Positions 18,368 to 28,141 are shown, numbered from the whole stretch's first letter. The stretch is DNA of 63,931 nucleotides, filler included, from Candidatus Nanoarchaeia archaeon (GCA_035290625.1; 7 parts of 7 records of this genome joined end to end with filler, not necessarily neighbours in it); one strand, 5' to 3'. The notes: generated from the letters alone by a model not told the origin. Numbers and translations are program-made.

Positions 18368-19099
18368 ATGAATGAAGATCTAGTTGATATGGTAGAAATT
18401 GAAGATGTAAGGACCCAAAATGGAGAACTTCCATTCAAAGAGTACCTCCCATTAAGAACATTTAGGGGTAACTATGGCGTACCCAGAAAAGTTGATCAAA
18501 CAGTTGTTAAAGGTTTTTTTGTTGCTGATGATAAAACAATCACAAGATTAGTTCAATTACAAGAAGCATATCATAACGAACTTAGACTTTCATTAACTAC
18601 TGTACCCACAGAGATTAATAGAGATGGAAATTTATTTTATCTCACTCAATCTTTCATTGGTGGCGTTAACTATGAACAGTTTCTACAAAGTGATGCCCCT
18701 CCAAAAGCAAAGAGGGCGATATACGAACAATTATTATATGACTCTTTAAATTTTATTTCAAAATCAGATAAAATTGTCGGTTTAGATGCTAAACCTGAGA
18801 ACTGGATGCAAACACAAGAAGGTCAATGGGCCTATATAGACACTTTCCCCCCATTCTTATTGGACGATGAAAATATATTTGGAGACATATTCACCTTAAG
18901 AGATTTTGAAAAAGATTTTGTAAGAACCCCCGAAAATTCTTTTTTTAGGAACAAAAGAAAAATTGCTAGACGTTTTTGGATGAAATCAGAAAAATTTTAT
19001 TCAGAGATGGATTATTTAAGTGCAACAATCCAAGTGATCAAATGTTTTGATCAAGAAACATCACGATTTTTTGAAAGATTTATGGAGAAATATAAATGA
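18368..19099 (+). CDS. Kinase-like fold protein (AT-rich island)
   Basis: GNYG loop, VVK, GLDAKPENW catalytic-loop-like and YIDTFPP DFG-like motifs. Confidence 0.62.
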   Translation: MNEDLVDMVEIEDVRTQNGELPFKEYLPLRTFRGNYGVPRKVDQTVVKGFFVADDKTITRLVQLQEAYHNELRLSLTTVPTEINRDGNLFYLTQSFIGGVNYEQFLQSDAPPKAKRAIYEQLLYDSLNFISKSDKIVGLDAKPENWMQTQEGQWAYIDTFPPFLLDDENIFGDIFTLRDFEKDFVRTPENSFFRNKRKIARRFWMKSEKFYSEMDYLSATIQVIKCFDQETSRFFERFMEKYK

Positions 19100-20010
19100 G
19101 AGAGTCGCCGCAAGCAAATCAAATGAAAGCAAGAGAACTGTTTTTGGAAGTTCATAGACCTAAAATAGTAAGCGATTATCAATTACCTCATGATGATTTA
19201 CATTTTGATAATACCATTACTGAACTAATCTTTGGTGGCATTTTTGTTGGAGAAGCAATATTTGATCATCTCAATCAAGAAGGGACGGTAAGTAACCTAA
19301 TCGCCATTAAAAACGAACATAGAGAAAGACTATTAAAGTCAGATCATCTATCTATTGAGGGATACCGGGAAAAGTGGGAAAGACATTTAGATTATGAGTC
19401 TCTTATTATGGATAAAATGATAGATTTAGAAAAAACTCCCGTAGAATTATTATGTGTACCCAGTGGGAGATCTTTTTTTCATCAACAAAGAATGTATTCA
19501 TTAATGCATCAAGGCCATCAACTAGCACAAAAAGATCAATCAAATGAAAGGTCCCAATGGTTTAGTCAATGGGATGATAGATGGTTTTGTAAAAATGGTT
19601 CAACAAGATTTAGATTAATTGATATACTCCAACAATACACCGATGATTGGGTAGACAGGTTTGCCATGCGAAATATTCCAGAGGAAACATCAATAGATGA
19701 TGTTTATGAAAAAATGCAAGATTTACACAGAAAAAAAATGATTTCAGCGTATAGCGCGCAAAAGAGGTATACTGCTTTTATTAAAAAACATCCTGAATCC
19801 AAAGCATATGCAAGATTCGTATCTGAAGCTATGGAATATAATGAAGAATTAAGGTTATTAAGAAGTCAATCTATATTTGATTTTATCCAGGGTAGCAGAT
19901 ATTATGGCAAACAACCCTTTGCTGAATTTTTAGACGTCTTGGCTACTCGGCAAAAAAGGATAGCACGCTTATATGGAGGTAAAATACATGTCCCTATTAA
20001 AACAGATTAG
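19096..20010 (+). CDS. Hypothetical protein (AT-rich island)
   Basis: 304-aa ORF, ATGA overlap with the previous gene. Confidence 0.75.
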   Translation: MRESPQANQMKARELFLEVHRPKIVSDYQLPHDDLHFDNTITELIFGGIFVGEAIFDHLNQEGTVSNLIAIKNEHRERLLKSDHLSIEGYREKWERHLDYESLIMDKMIDLEKTPVELLCVPSGRSFFHQQRMYSLMHQGHQLAQKDQSNERSQWFSQWDDRWFCKNGSTRFRLIDILQQYTDDWVDRFAMRNIPEETSIDDVYEKMQDLHRKKMISAYSAQKRYTAFIKKHPESKAYARFVSEAMEYNEELRLLRSQSIFDFIQGSRYYGKQPFAEFLDVLATRQKRIARLYGGKIHVPIKTD

Positions 20011-20398
20011 AGCAGAGCAAAGTGTCAAAACATTCTTTCAAAATGAGTGGGATGATGAAAAGCATTGGATACACTGCCAATGTGTTGTTGATGCTTGTTT
20101 AGGTATGATCAAAAACACTGATTTAGATCCTGTAGTTTTTATACTGGCTGGCTGGTTACATGATCTGGGTAAGATTATCGATAAAGAAAATCATCATAAA
20201 GAAAGTATAAAATTTGTGACGAAGTTTATTAATCAATATCCCGAGTATAAAGATTATTTAAGTTTAATAGAGGACTGTATTATAAATCATAGAAGTGAAG
20301 GCGTTCCCGCAAGTGTATATGCACACATTTTCCAATTAGCAGATAAAGTTGCAGTATCTAATCATGATTGGATAGAATACAAAAAGAAAAAAAGATAA
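19988..20398 (+). CDS. HD-domain phosphohydrolase
   Basis: HCQCV, WLHDLGK, NHH, NHRS, LADK; GGAGG SD before the ATG at 19988. Confidence 0.85.
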   Translation: MSLLKQIRAEQSVKTFFQNEWDDEKHWIHCQCVVDACLGMIKNTDLDPVVFILAGWLHDLGKIIDKENHHKESIKFVTKFINQYPEYKDYLSLIEDCIINHRSEGVPASVYAHIFQLADKVAVSNHDWIEYKKKKR

Positions 20399-20492
20399 TT
20401 TATCTCCACTTCTCTTATTTTTCTTGATGGCTTACTTTGTTCGCATGAACGAAACGGCCGCCCCGCCTCTAGACTACCCTCTCGGCTTCGCT

Positions 20493-20639
20493 TCAATTTG
20501 ATGTAATAAACGAAGTCAGCTCTGCAATGCACTGCTTCTCACGAAAACCTATGGTCAGGCTATACGATGTGATCAGGATGCCTAATGCGACAATAGCTAT
20601 GAGAACATAGGAAAACGCCTGCATCTGGGCTTTGGGCAT
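20493..20639 (-). pseudogene. Truncated duplicate of the first 46 codons of the pilin-like gene at 17991
   Basis: 20502-20639 matches 17854-17991 at 135/138 nt, then reads SN-stop. Confidence 0.85.
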
Positions 20640-20769
20640 GCAGTTTAAGGCAGAAGCATTCTATAAAAATGTTGCTGTGGGTTTAGGCGAACTGGCCTGT
20701 ATCTTATTACCTCTTTTAAGTAGTTAAAATAGAAAGATTTATATATGGGGATATGCCTTATACTCCAGT

Positions 20770-21090
20770 ATGGCGATTCACGTTAAAAGACTCCCTTTGT
20801 ATGTTGCATTAGCTGCTTCCATGCTCAGCGGATGCGCCGCCCCAACCAGAGTCGAGCAGCCCGCATCGCTAGAATCAACAATAGCCCAAGAGCAGGATAT
20901 TCAGAAAGCAGCCAGAGCATTTCAGGAGTATGCAAGAAAAGGCTGCATGGATGATTTTGAGAAAAGAATCCTGAGCGACGCTGCTAAGAAAGCTGGGTAT
21001 GAAAGCTATCAAAAAGCCATGGAAGATAAGCTATTTGTCGATGATTTCCTGAACTCCCTTCAGCGCTGGTCTCCTGTTCCCCCCTACTGA
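20770..21090 (+). CDS. Putative lipoprotein
   Basis: Signal peptide with lipobox LSGC; TTTATATA upstream. Confidence 0.75.
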   Translation: MAIHVKRLPLYVALAASMLSGCAAPTRVEQPASLESTIAQEQDIQKAARAFQEYARKGCMDDFEKRILSDAAKKAGYESYQKAMEDKLFVDDFLNSLQRWSPVPPY

Positions 21091-21884
21091 TACGCTATGC
21101 AGAACGGTCTGCCTTCATTTGTTTGCGATCCTGGTATGCAATATTCCTCAATCTTATTGCAACAGATACTAAAACTCCTCTCTTCATCTGTTATTCCATA
21201 TCTCCGGTTAGCTGAGGGGCATTCGATCTCAGTTTCAGGGCTGCAGCCTCCGCTGCATATTGGGAAACCATTAGTATGGAGGCATCTTGCGCCTGCGCTG
21301 CAGCAAAGCGTCACACCCCTAACATCAACTCCATGCCCCCCTTCTTTTCCCGAGCAGGTTACTGGAGTCTGGCATCTCTCATTGGGGTCATTCGGATCAA
21401 GATCACTGCAGACTGGAGTTCCATAGGCAGGCTCGCCGAAGCAGGTTTGATCAGTCCTGCAACAGCGCGCATATTCTAAAAACTGCTTTCCTCTATCCCC
21501 TGCTGCGCTTCCCTGGATTCCTTTGCATTTGCTCTGGCAATTCGATGCGGCGTTGCAAAGAACCCCCCTCCAGCCAAATCCGAACACCGTGATTTCAGCC
21601 TCATAAGGGGTTTCTCCAGGATTGCAGCATTTCTCATCCTTTCTCGGATATCTGGACATGGCAGAGTGACGACTTGGATCATAGCCAAATGCAGCATAAG
21701 TGCCTCCGCTCCTTGTGCAGCAGTCCCTGAGATCAGCGCATCCGATATCGCTTCCATGCTCACTGCTATGTTCTGCTGCAAGGCCAATAAATGACGAAGA
21801 GGGTTCCTCCTGCAATCGTATGATGACAACAGCTCCGAAAAGGAACGCTGCCAGGAGAATAAGCTTGGCTGTCTGCTGCTTCAT
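21084..21884 (-). CDS. Secreted cysteine-rich protein 1 (probable start MKQQTAKL)
   Basis: N-terminal TM; repeated CCx5C..C units; paralogue of 23055-23816. Confidence 0.8.
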   Translation of the reverse strand: MKQQTAKLILLAAFLFGAVVIIRLQEEPSSSFIGLAAEHSSEHGSDIGCADLRDCCTRSGGTYAAFGYDPSRHSAMSRYPRKDEKCCNPGETPYEAEITVFGFGWRGVLCNAASNCQSKCKGIQGSAAGDRGKQFLEYARCCRTDQTCFGEPAYGTPVCSDLDPNDPNERCQTPVTCSGKEGGHGVDVRGVTLCCSAGARCLHTNGFPICSGGCSPETEIECPSANRRYGITDEERSFSICCNKIEEYCIPGSQTNEGRPFCIAYQ

Positions 21885-21973
21885 CTTGGTTGTTTTAGTC
21901 CTATTTGTATTAATTTTTCTTTTGTCCGCAAGTATGTGTTTTGCAGGGATCGATCCGTTGAGACAAATCCTCC

Positions 21974-22300
21974 TCATCGCAATGCATCAAGTCTTCCAAC
22001 CAGTGCATCAAACACTTCTTTCTTCTTGCCTGTTGATAAAGAAAACAGCGTCTTTTCAATCATTGCATGAGAAATAGTAAAAATATAATTGAGTTTTATG
22101 ATGCTGTCTTTTATCGCTCCCTCTTTCTTCGTTACAGAAACGCCTTTCATTCCAGTGTTGCTCGTGATTCCGGCAACAACGACGTTGCCAAATTCTTCAA
22201 ACAGAACAAGGGCAGGCCGTTTCTTTATCTCAAAGGTATCGGTAAATTGGATATCTGCAAGAACCACATCGCCTGATTTAAGCACGTTCCCATGCCTCAT
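21974..22300 (-). CDS. PemK/MazF family toxin
   Basis: GDVVLADIQFTD..KKRPALVL..VAGITS. Confidence 0.88.
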   Translation of the reverse strand: MRHGNVLKSGDVVLADIQFTDTFEIKKRPALVLFEEFGNVVVAGITSNTGMKGVSVTKKEGAIKDSIIKLNYIFTISHAMIEKTLFSLSTGKKKEVFDALVGRLDALR

Positions 22301-22502
22301 CTTCGGCGTTATCCCATAACTCTCTCATCTTGGGCTGCTGGATTTTATGCAAAAACTCGTCATACTGGTTTCCCTTCCTTGCAGTGTCGAAGACTTTGAG
22401 CATCTGCTTGATCAGCTCATTATACGTCTGCCGGGGGTATTCCCGTACCGCCTTCAGAGACTTAACGGTGGACTTGTCTATTTGTATCGTTGTCGGTGCA
22501 AT
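22278..22502 (-). CDS. Antitoxin (ribbon-helix-helix type) with an apparent ATT/ATA start
   Basis: APTTIQIDKSTVKSLKAVREYPRQTYNELI..ELWDNAEDEAWERA; GGTGAT SD 5 nt upstream; overlaps the toxin start; missing from the ORF track. Confidence 0.75.
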   Translation of the reverse strand: MAPTTIQIDKSTVKSLKAVREYPRQTYNELIKQMLKVFDTARKGNQYDEFLHKIQQPKMRELWDNAEDEAWERA

Positions 22503-22702
22503 TATGTATCACCTATAGGAGAATATAGCCCATTATATATAAAGCCACCGATTTTTTGCTGTTTTTGATCCGTCTCCTCTCTCCAAAGACGGCCTGGCTC
22601 CTGGGTGCGGTTTCACTTGCTGAAGAGCCACATCATTAGTACTCCCTATATAGTAGTTAAAATAGAAACATTTATATAGGCAAACCTATCTTATACCTTC
22701 CT

Positions 22703-23023
22703 ATGGAAACCCCGGACAGAAGGCAATTCTTGAGTACTCTCATAAAGGCAGCTCCCGCTGTTGCTGGCATTGCAGGCTTGGCTGCATGCTCAGGGATTGA
22801 AACAAAAAGAACCGAAGAGAAGAGAATACGGGAGGTTGTCCGGCGGGATCTCATGGAAGGCGGATTTTCTGATGCTGACAGAAAACTATTGGACTCTTAT
22901 GGGTTTACTGCGTATGGATCCATGAAGCCTGAAGAGATTGAGCATGTTATCGATAGGATAGTGAGGGATTTCTACGGCCCTGATTCTACTTTAAATTTTG
23001 ATTATATTGGGAATCCAAGGTAA
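22703..23023 (+). CDS. Putative Tat-exported lipoprotein
   Basis: DRRQFL twin-arginine motif and LAAC lipobox; promoter similar to that of 20770. Confidence 0.75.
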   Translation: METPDRRQFLSTLIKAAPAVAGIAGLAACSGIETKRTEEKRIREVVRRDLMEGGFSDADRKLLDSYGFTAYGSMKPEEIEHVIDRIVRDFYGPDSTLNFDYIGNPR

Positions 23024-23054
23024 GTTTCTCATTTGTGTCACACGCCTTTTTTCC

Positions 23055-23816
23055 TTAATCCTCTCTTCGAACACAGTTGGGCCTTCCATTTGAGGTTGCG
23101 CTTCCAGAAACACATACAGGAGTGTCTCTGCTGCAGCAGAGGAAGTATCCTTCATCGTCATCCATCGTCCCAAAATTTCTAGATTGGCGTGTGCCGCCAT
23201 CAGGATCTGAGTCGCATCTTGTCTCGTCTCTTTGGCATCCTTTGTTGGGATCTCCTGTGCAAACCGCAGCTCCGGTATTATGGCTGCATCTCTCATCAGC
23301 ATCGCAGCAAATATTTAAACCCCTGAAATCTGTCCTCAATATCCTCTTTTCCCCTTTGCAGGGATTCTTGCAATCACTTATATCCTGAGCGCAGACAGCA
23401 GCACCATGATTAGCTTCATTGCCACAGACATCGTCTATTCTGCAGCAGCGGTCAATTCCTCTATAAGCCTCTCTTCCCGGGCATTTCTTAGGGCATGCAG
23501 TGTCATCGGCAGCATTGCAGGAAGATAGCTTAACTCCTATAGATAACGATGAGCAGCTTTCTCCAGGATTGCAGCATTTCTCGTCCACTCCGTCGTTCTC
23601 ATCCACTCTATCATCAGTGTAGGCACAGTATACTCCTCCTCCCTGCCTGCAGCAGCTTTGCAGATCAGCGCATGCTATATCGCTGCCATGCTCACTGCCA
23701 TGTTCTGCTGCAAGGCCAACATACTGTGGCCCGGGCATCTGCTGCAACCGAACAAGGATAACAGCTCCAAGGAGGAATGCTGCCAAAAGGAGAAGCTTTG
23801 CTGTTTGTCTTTTCAT
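23055..23816 (-). CDS. Secreted cysteine-rich protein 2
   Basis: MKRQTAKLLLLAAFL..GLAAEHGSEHGSDIACADL; CC repeats; C-terminal GRPNC. Confidence 0.82.
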   Translation of the reverse strand: MKRQTAKLLLLAAFLLGAVILVRLQQMPGPQYVGLAAEHGSEHGSDIACADLQSCCRQGGGVYCAYTDDRVDENDGVDEKCCNPGESCSSLSIGVKLSSCNAADDTACPKKCPGREAYRGIDRCCRIDDVCGNEANHGAAVCAQDISDCKNPCKGEKRILRTDFRGLNICCDADERCSHNTGAAVCTGDPNKGCQRDETRCDSDPDGGTRQSRNFGTMDDDEGYFLCCSRDTPVCVSGSATSNGRPNCVRRED

Positions 23817-23908
23817 CTTCCTTGTTCGAGAGTCCAGCTGTTAGGAACCCTCTTTTTTTGTTGGGCCCCATTACAAAAACCGAAGCCAACAAACTATCCT
23901 GACTGCCA

Positions 23909-25447
23909 TTACGCGATGCAGCAGCAGGTATCCGCCTCTGCCCCTCCTGTGTTGCAGTAGGTTTGCGAAACATTTTGGCCTGCGTAGCAGTCATGGGAAG
24001 AGGAGTAGGGAAGCCCGCAGTTATCCGCGCACTTGTTCTCAGAATTTTCGCATGTTCCATCCCGCAAGCCGCTGTAGCCGCACCATCCTGAGCAGCTGTC
24101 CAGGAAAGCTTCCTCTCCTGCAGAGATGTTGATGCGGAGATTTCTATTTTCAGAAACTCCTTTGTTTCCGTTAAGGCTGTCATCCACACAGGAGATATTC
24201 CATGAATAATTGCCTTTCAGCAAAGGCATAATAATGCTTTGGGAAGCATTCTCAACAATAGGCGCGCTTGCAATGCTCCAGGACAAGGTGGAATTTGCGT
24301 CCAGCAGCCCCCTCATATTGACGCTGCAGGAGGAGATCCCTGAAGAAGCATCAGTCACATTATAGATGAAGCTGACAAGCCAGTAGTTCCTGATGCTGTT
24401 ATTTGCAGGCGCAATGCTTCTGACAACAGGAATGTCAAGGTCCTGGGAGAAATTTGTGGAAAACAATCTGGACAGGCTTCTGTTCTGGTTCCCCCAGACG
24501 TCAGTGCAGTTCACGCTCCAGAGATATGATCCTTTGTCAACAGGCTGGGTGAAATTCTGGGCAATGTCCCGTTCAACAGAATACGAGGTCTGCATGATGC
24601 TGGAATTGAATATCAGCCTGCAGTGGCTGATTGGAGAATGGTCTGTGACATTATACGAGAACACAACGCTTCCTGAAGTGTCTGCATAGCCATTCCCGGG
24701 AAACAAAAGCCTGATATTCGGAGGGATTGATTCATTTGTAGCATTCCCTGAAAGTCCGCAAAGGCTTAGATTAATGACATAGCTCATGACTGCTGAGCTC
24801 TGCATAACATTGTCAAATGGATCCATGCAGCGGATGTAGTAGGCATAGTCTCCTTCATCCTGGAATCCTAGGATATAGTCATGCGTCAAGGAGGAGCCGG
24901 CAAACGGAGTTGGCATTGAGCCGTAGCCTTGGTCTATTGAGGAAAACCTGCAGCCAGAGGGCTCATTCGTAAGCGCCTTCAGCGTAATATACCTGTTGCA
25001 TACCAGGCCTGAAGGATCTGTCCAGGTTACCTGAGGAGCAATTGTATCATTTGCCGATCCTATCCTAACATACCCTGAATCAAGCATTTCAACCAGGATA
25101 GTATGCCTTCCAGGATTGATGGGGAAGCTTCCCACTAATGGGGCCTTTGTGTCTGCGAAGACGTCAGCAATGCCGCCATACTGTTTTACCTTCAGGGTTA
25201 CGCTCTTGTTCTGCACAGAAACTGAGGTTACTCCTTTGGGCAGGTCAACCGTAACATAATGCCTTGTTCCCGGCCCGATTGAATAAACAGTATCCACAGT
25301 TCTGCCCAGGACCTCAACAGCATCCCCTGCCTTATTGGAGCTGAGTGCTGTTTCAGTCTCCCTCAGGCTGTAGAAGAACAACGGGATGACCATCACAAGC
25401 ACAAGCCCTGCGATAATGATGTATTCGAAGCTGATCTGGGCTTTCAT
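23909..25447 (-). CDS. Large class III signal peptide (pilin-like) surface protein with Ig-like repeats and a Cys-rich C-terminus
   Basis: MKAQISFEY plus hydrophobic segment; repeated P.N..F.YNVTD..C..W..C.D..GN. Confidence 0.82.
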   Translation of the reverse strand: MKAQISFEYIIIAGLVLVMVIPLFFYSLRETETALSSNKAGDAVEVLGRTVDTVYSIGPGTRHYVTVDLPKGVTSVSVQNKSVTLKVKQYGGIADVFADTKAPLVGSFPINPGRHTILVEMLDSGYVRIGSANDTIAPQVTWTDPSGLVCNRYITLKALTNEPSGCRFSSIDQGYGSMPTPFAGSSLTHDYILGFQDEGDYAYYIRCMDPFDNVMQSSAVMSYVINLSLCGLSGNATNESIPPNIRLLFPGNGYADTSGSVVFSYNVTDHSPISHCRLIFNSSIMQTSYSVERDIAQNFTQPVDKGSYLWSVNCTDVWGNQNRSLSRLFSTNFSQDLDIPVVRSIAPANNSIRNYWLVSFIYNVTDASSGISSCSVNMRGLLDANSTLSWSIASAPIVENASQSIIMPLLKGNYSWNISCVDDSLNGNKGVSENRNLRINISAGEEAFLDSCSGWCGYSGLRDGTCENSENKCADNCGLPYSSSHDCYAGQNVSQTYCNTGGAEADTCCCIA

Positions 25448-25519
25448 ATCGATATCTATGTCTGCAGGATATTTAATTGTTGCTGTTTTGCTGGTAACAT
25501 GGCAAGGTTGCTTTGTAGC

Positions 25520-25720
25520 GGTTGCCGCCGTGCTCAAAAATGCCTCGCATTTTTGGTCGCTCCTTCGGAGCAGCTCGGCTCTTCATGTTTTCAGCAAAGA
25601 GCGGCACCTCGCCCGTAAGGGACAACCCCCTCCGCTGCGCTTCCTTAAGTTTATAGAGCCTCGCAAAATTGGCAGCAACCCTAACCTGTATTATTGCTCC
25701 GCATAACTTTTCAATGCCCC
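25520..25720. mobile_element. MITE-like family copy F (inner module 25520-25680 plus one orphan outer end)
   Basis: GGTTGCCGCC..GGCAGCAACC; core is the reverse complement of copy C; ACTTTTCAATGCCCC at 25706-25720. Confidence 0.72.
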
Positions 25721-25764
25721 AAACTGAAGGATATCTATAAATAATACTTCAGCTCAAAGGCCTT

Positions 25765-27276
25765 ATGGACTGGCATCACAGGCTTGAGGAGCTTTTCCTT
25801 GGACTCCTGATAGCCTTGAATATCCTGGATTTTACCCACCAGCTTCCTGGCGATCTTGATATCCTGAAGAAGATCCTCTCCTGGGCCTCAGTTGTCTACC
25901 TCTTCTACAAGGCGAGCCTCACCACCATCTTGTTTGGAGAGGGGAATAAGGTTCTGGACTTCACTCTTGTTATGACCTACCTTTTCCTTGCCGCGAAAAA
26001 CCTTATTTTTATTGCTGATCAGGCCTCATCGCTCTGGTTTGGAGCCTTCTTCAGCTTCCTGAGCCAGCATGCCTCAACAATCACTATTCTTTCAATCATG
26101 ATAGGAGCGCTGCTGCTGCTCATCCATGCGGCAGTCCTGGCAGAGTGGAGCAGTCATATCGCTCCAGGGCCAGGGCTCCTGAAGAGATTCTTTGCGATCC
26201 TCCTTGCATTGTTTGCCTTCTTCGTTGTTGTCTTTAATTTTTTCATGGAGTGGATATCTCTATCTGTTGATGCCCCCCTCTTACTCATCACCCTCTTATT
26301 CTACTTTTTCACGCTCTATCAGCGCCAGTGGGAATTCTTCAGGCTGGACTCCTTCCTTTACAGGGTGGGAGAAGCCTCCACGAGGTTTTATGAGCAATTC
26401 ACGGGGCTATTCTCAAACAGGCGCACCCTGATGCTCGGCCTGGCAGGCATGCTGGTGCTTCACCTCCTTGTTGATGGCGGCATCTATCTCATCCCCTACA
26501 TCACCGGCCTTGAAAACCCCCTGTATGCAGAAATCCTTGGCCCTGGCCACAGCAGCATCCTCTCCCGATTCTCAGCAGATACAGCCTACGTGAGCGGCCC
26601 CATGAACCTTGTGCTCCTTATCTGGGCATACTTTTTTAATGTGGTGTTTCTCGCCTTTGTCCTTGGGGTTCCGGCATATCTTTGGTGGAGCGCCTATCGC
26701 AACAAGCATCCTCCCATCCCTCTCTGGCTTTTTGGCCTGTTCTTTGCATCCTTAGCGACGTTTGCCCTCAGCCCAATCTTCTCTATCAGCTCAATCTCCA
26801 CAGACGCCATCGTGGGAAGCAGCCTTATAGGAGTTGATATCCAGACGCATCAGCTCTTTGGCGCCAGCATCCCTCCGCTGAAGACAGCATTCTTCGCCTC
26901 GCTTTTCTTTCTCGCAGCAGCCCCCCTAGTCAGCACCTACTGGCCTGCAGAAAAGAGGGTCCTGGATATCTCGCTCTGGGTCTTTGACTTTTTTGTTGCA
27001 GTGTATGTCTATATCTTTTTGAGAACATTGCTGATCTACGCAACTCATCCGCAAGGCGCGATCCCGAGCCTGTGGGCTTCAGGCCAGTATTTCGTGATGG
27101 CCTATCTTGTCCTTTTTTTTGGGATCGCCTCGCTCTTCTATGTTGCGGGGTTTGTTTCGTATATGGTTGTTGGCCGGAGATGGGAGATCGAAGAGGACCT
27201 TGTCTTGGCAGGCCCTGGCCAGCCAATGATGCAGCATCCATCAATAGATTACTCACAAACGATGCAGAATCATTAA
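25765..27276 (+). CDS. Polytopic membrane protein of unknown function
   Basis: 503 aa with many hydrophobic segments. Confidence 0.8.
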   Translation: MDWHHRLEELFLGLLIALNILDFTHQLPGDLDILKKILSWASVVYLFYKASLTTILFGEGNKVLDFTLVMTYLFLAAKNLIFIADQASSLWFGAFFSFLSQHASTITILSIMIGALLLLIHAAVLAEWSSHIAPGPGLLKRFFAILLALFAFFVVVFNFFMEWISLSVDAPLLLITLLFYFFTLYQRQWEFFRLDSFLYRVGEASTRFYEQFTGLFSNRRTLMLGLAGMLVLHLLVDGGIYLIPYITGLENPLYAEILGPGHSSILSRFSADTAYVSGPMNLVLLIWAYFFNVVFLAFVLGVPAYLWWSAYRNKHPPIPLWLFGLFFASLATFALSPIFSISSISTDAIVGSSLIGVDIQTHQLFGASIPPLKTAFFASLFFLAAAPLVSTYWPAEKRVLDISLWVFDFFVAVYVYIFLRTLLIYATHPQGAIPSLWASGQYFVMAYLVLFFGIASLFYVAGFVSYMVVGRRWEIEEDLVLAGPGQPMMQHPSIDYSQTMQNH

Positions 27277-27300
27277 TTGAATCATCAGGAGATGATGAAC

Positions 27301-27414
27301 ATGGATGAAAAGAGAAAGAAGCTCAAAAAGGAGGCTGAAGAGGTGTATGAGCTTGACGACTCGGACATCCCGCTCCATGAGCCTTATGTAAGGGAACGCA
27401 ATCTGCGGAAATAA
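27301..27414 (+). CDS. Putative 37-aa charged microprotein
   Basis: MDEKRKKLKKEAEEVYELDDSDIPLHEPYVRERNLRK; GGAGATGA SD-like sequence upstream. Confidence 0.45.
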   Translation: MDEKRKKLKKEAEEVYELDDSDIPLHEPYVRERNLRK

Positions 27415-27559
27415 GGCTCAGTAGAAAGTCCGGCATCCTTTCTGCGAGCTTCTTTGGAGTCATGAGCAGTGCTGACAGAGGGTAGGCCCCTTCGGGGATG
27501 TCAGCAAACATAGATTCAATCACAAGCGAGCTCGATGCCGACTGGCTTTCTACTGAGCC
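27415..27559. mobile_element. Nested-hairpin MITE-like element, copy G
   Basis: TIR GGCTCAGTAGAAAG/CTTTCTACTGAGCC; perfect TSD CGGAAATAA (27406-27414, 27560-27568). Confidence 0.88.
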
Positions 27560-27568
27560 CGGAAATAA

Positions 27569-28096
27569 CTAGTCTCTCTGCCAGCCCTCTACTTCGCCAG
27601 CAAGCCGCTTGACCCTCTCGGCATACTCCTCGCCCAGCTCCATTCTAAACCGATCAATGACCATCTGCAATGTCCCTTCCTTATCCCCAAAAATAAGGTT
27701 GTCTGCATGGGCTATGATCTTTTCTTCTTTGCTTATTGGAAGAAAATCTTTATCAGGGAGAGGAAGATTCTGCTCCCTGATGTCTTTCCTGCTTATGCCT
27801 ACTCCGATATGGCGCTCTGCCACCAGGGCATGCTTTGGAAATCCTTCTTTTCTCAGGATTTCAGCTCCTTTTATGCCGTGCTGGATCGCATTCTTAGAGC
27901 CTGGTGGAAACTGGAACCTTCCGATGTCGTGGAGAATGGAAGCGGTAGCGATGAACTCCTTGTCAGTGCCTGGAATCCTGTCTGCAATCCGCAATGCAGC
28001 CTTCTTGACAGCCTGCACATGAGCCAATACTTTTTTGAAGGCTCCATCGTCTGAGGAATATTTCTTCAGGAGTTCTATGGCTTGCTGCTCGTTCAT
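27569..28096 (-). CDS. HDIG-domain metal-dependent phosphohydrolase
   Basis: ILHDIGR, HGIKGAEIL, ERHIGVG, EEKIIAHADNL. Confidence 0.9.
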   Translation of the reverse strand: MNEQQAIELLKKYSSDDGAFKKVLAHVQAVKKAALRIADRIPGTDKEFIATASILHDIGRFQFPPGSKNAIQHGIKGAEILRKEGFPKHALVAERHIGVGISRKDIREQNLPLPDKDFLPISKEEKIIAHADNLIFGDKEGTLQMVIDRFRMELGEEYAERVKRLAGEVEGWQRD

Positions 28097-28141
28097 CCAT
28101 CCTAAGGCTTCTGCATCTTTTAAAAACCTTTTGGCCTTTTC

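Noticed and set aside
21084..23816. Diversity-generating retroelement acting on the Cys-rich paralogues
   Set aside because: No reverse transcriptase and no template/variable repeat pair with adenine-specific differences; the 138-bp pilin repeat has only three transitions
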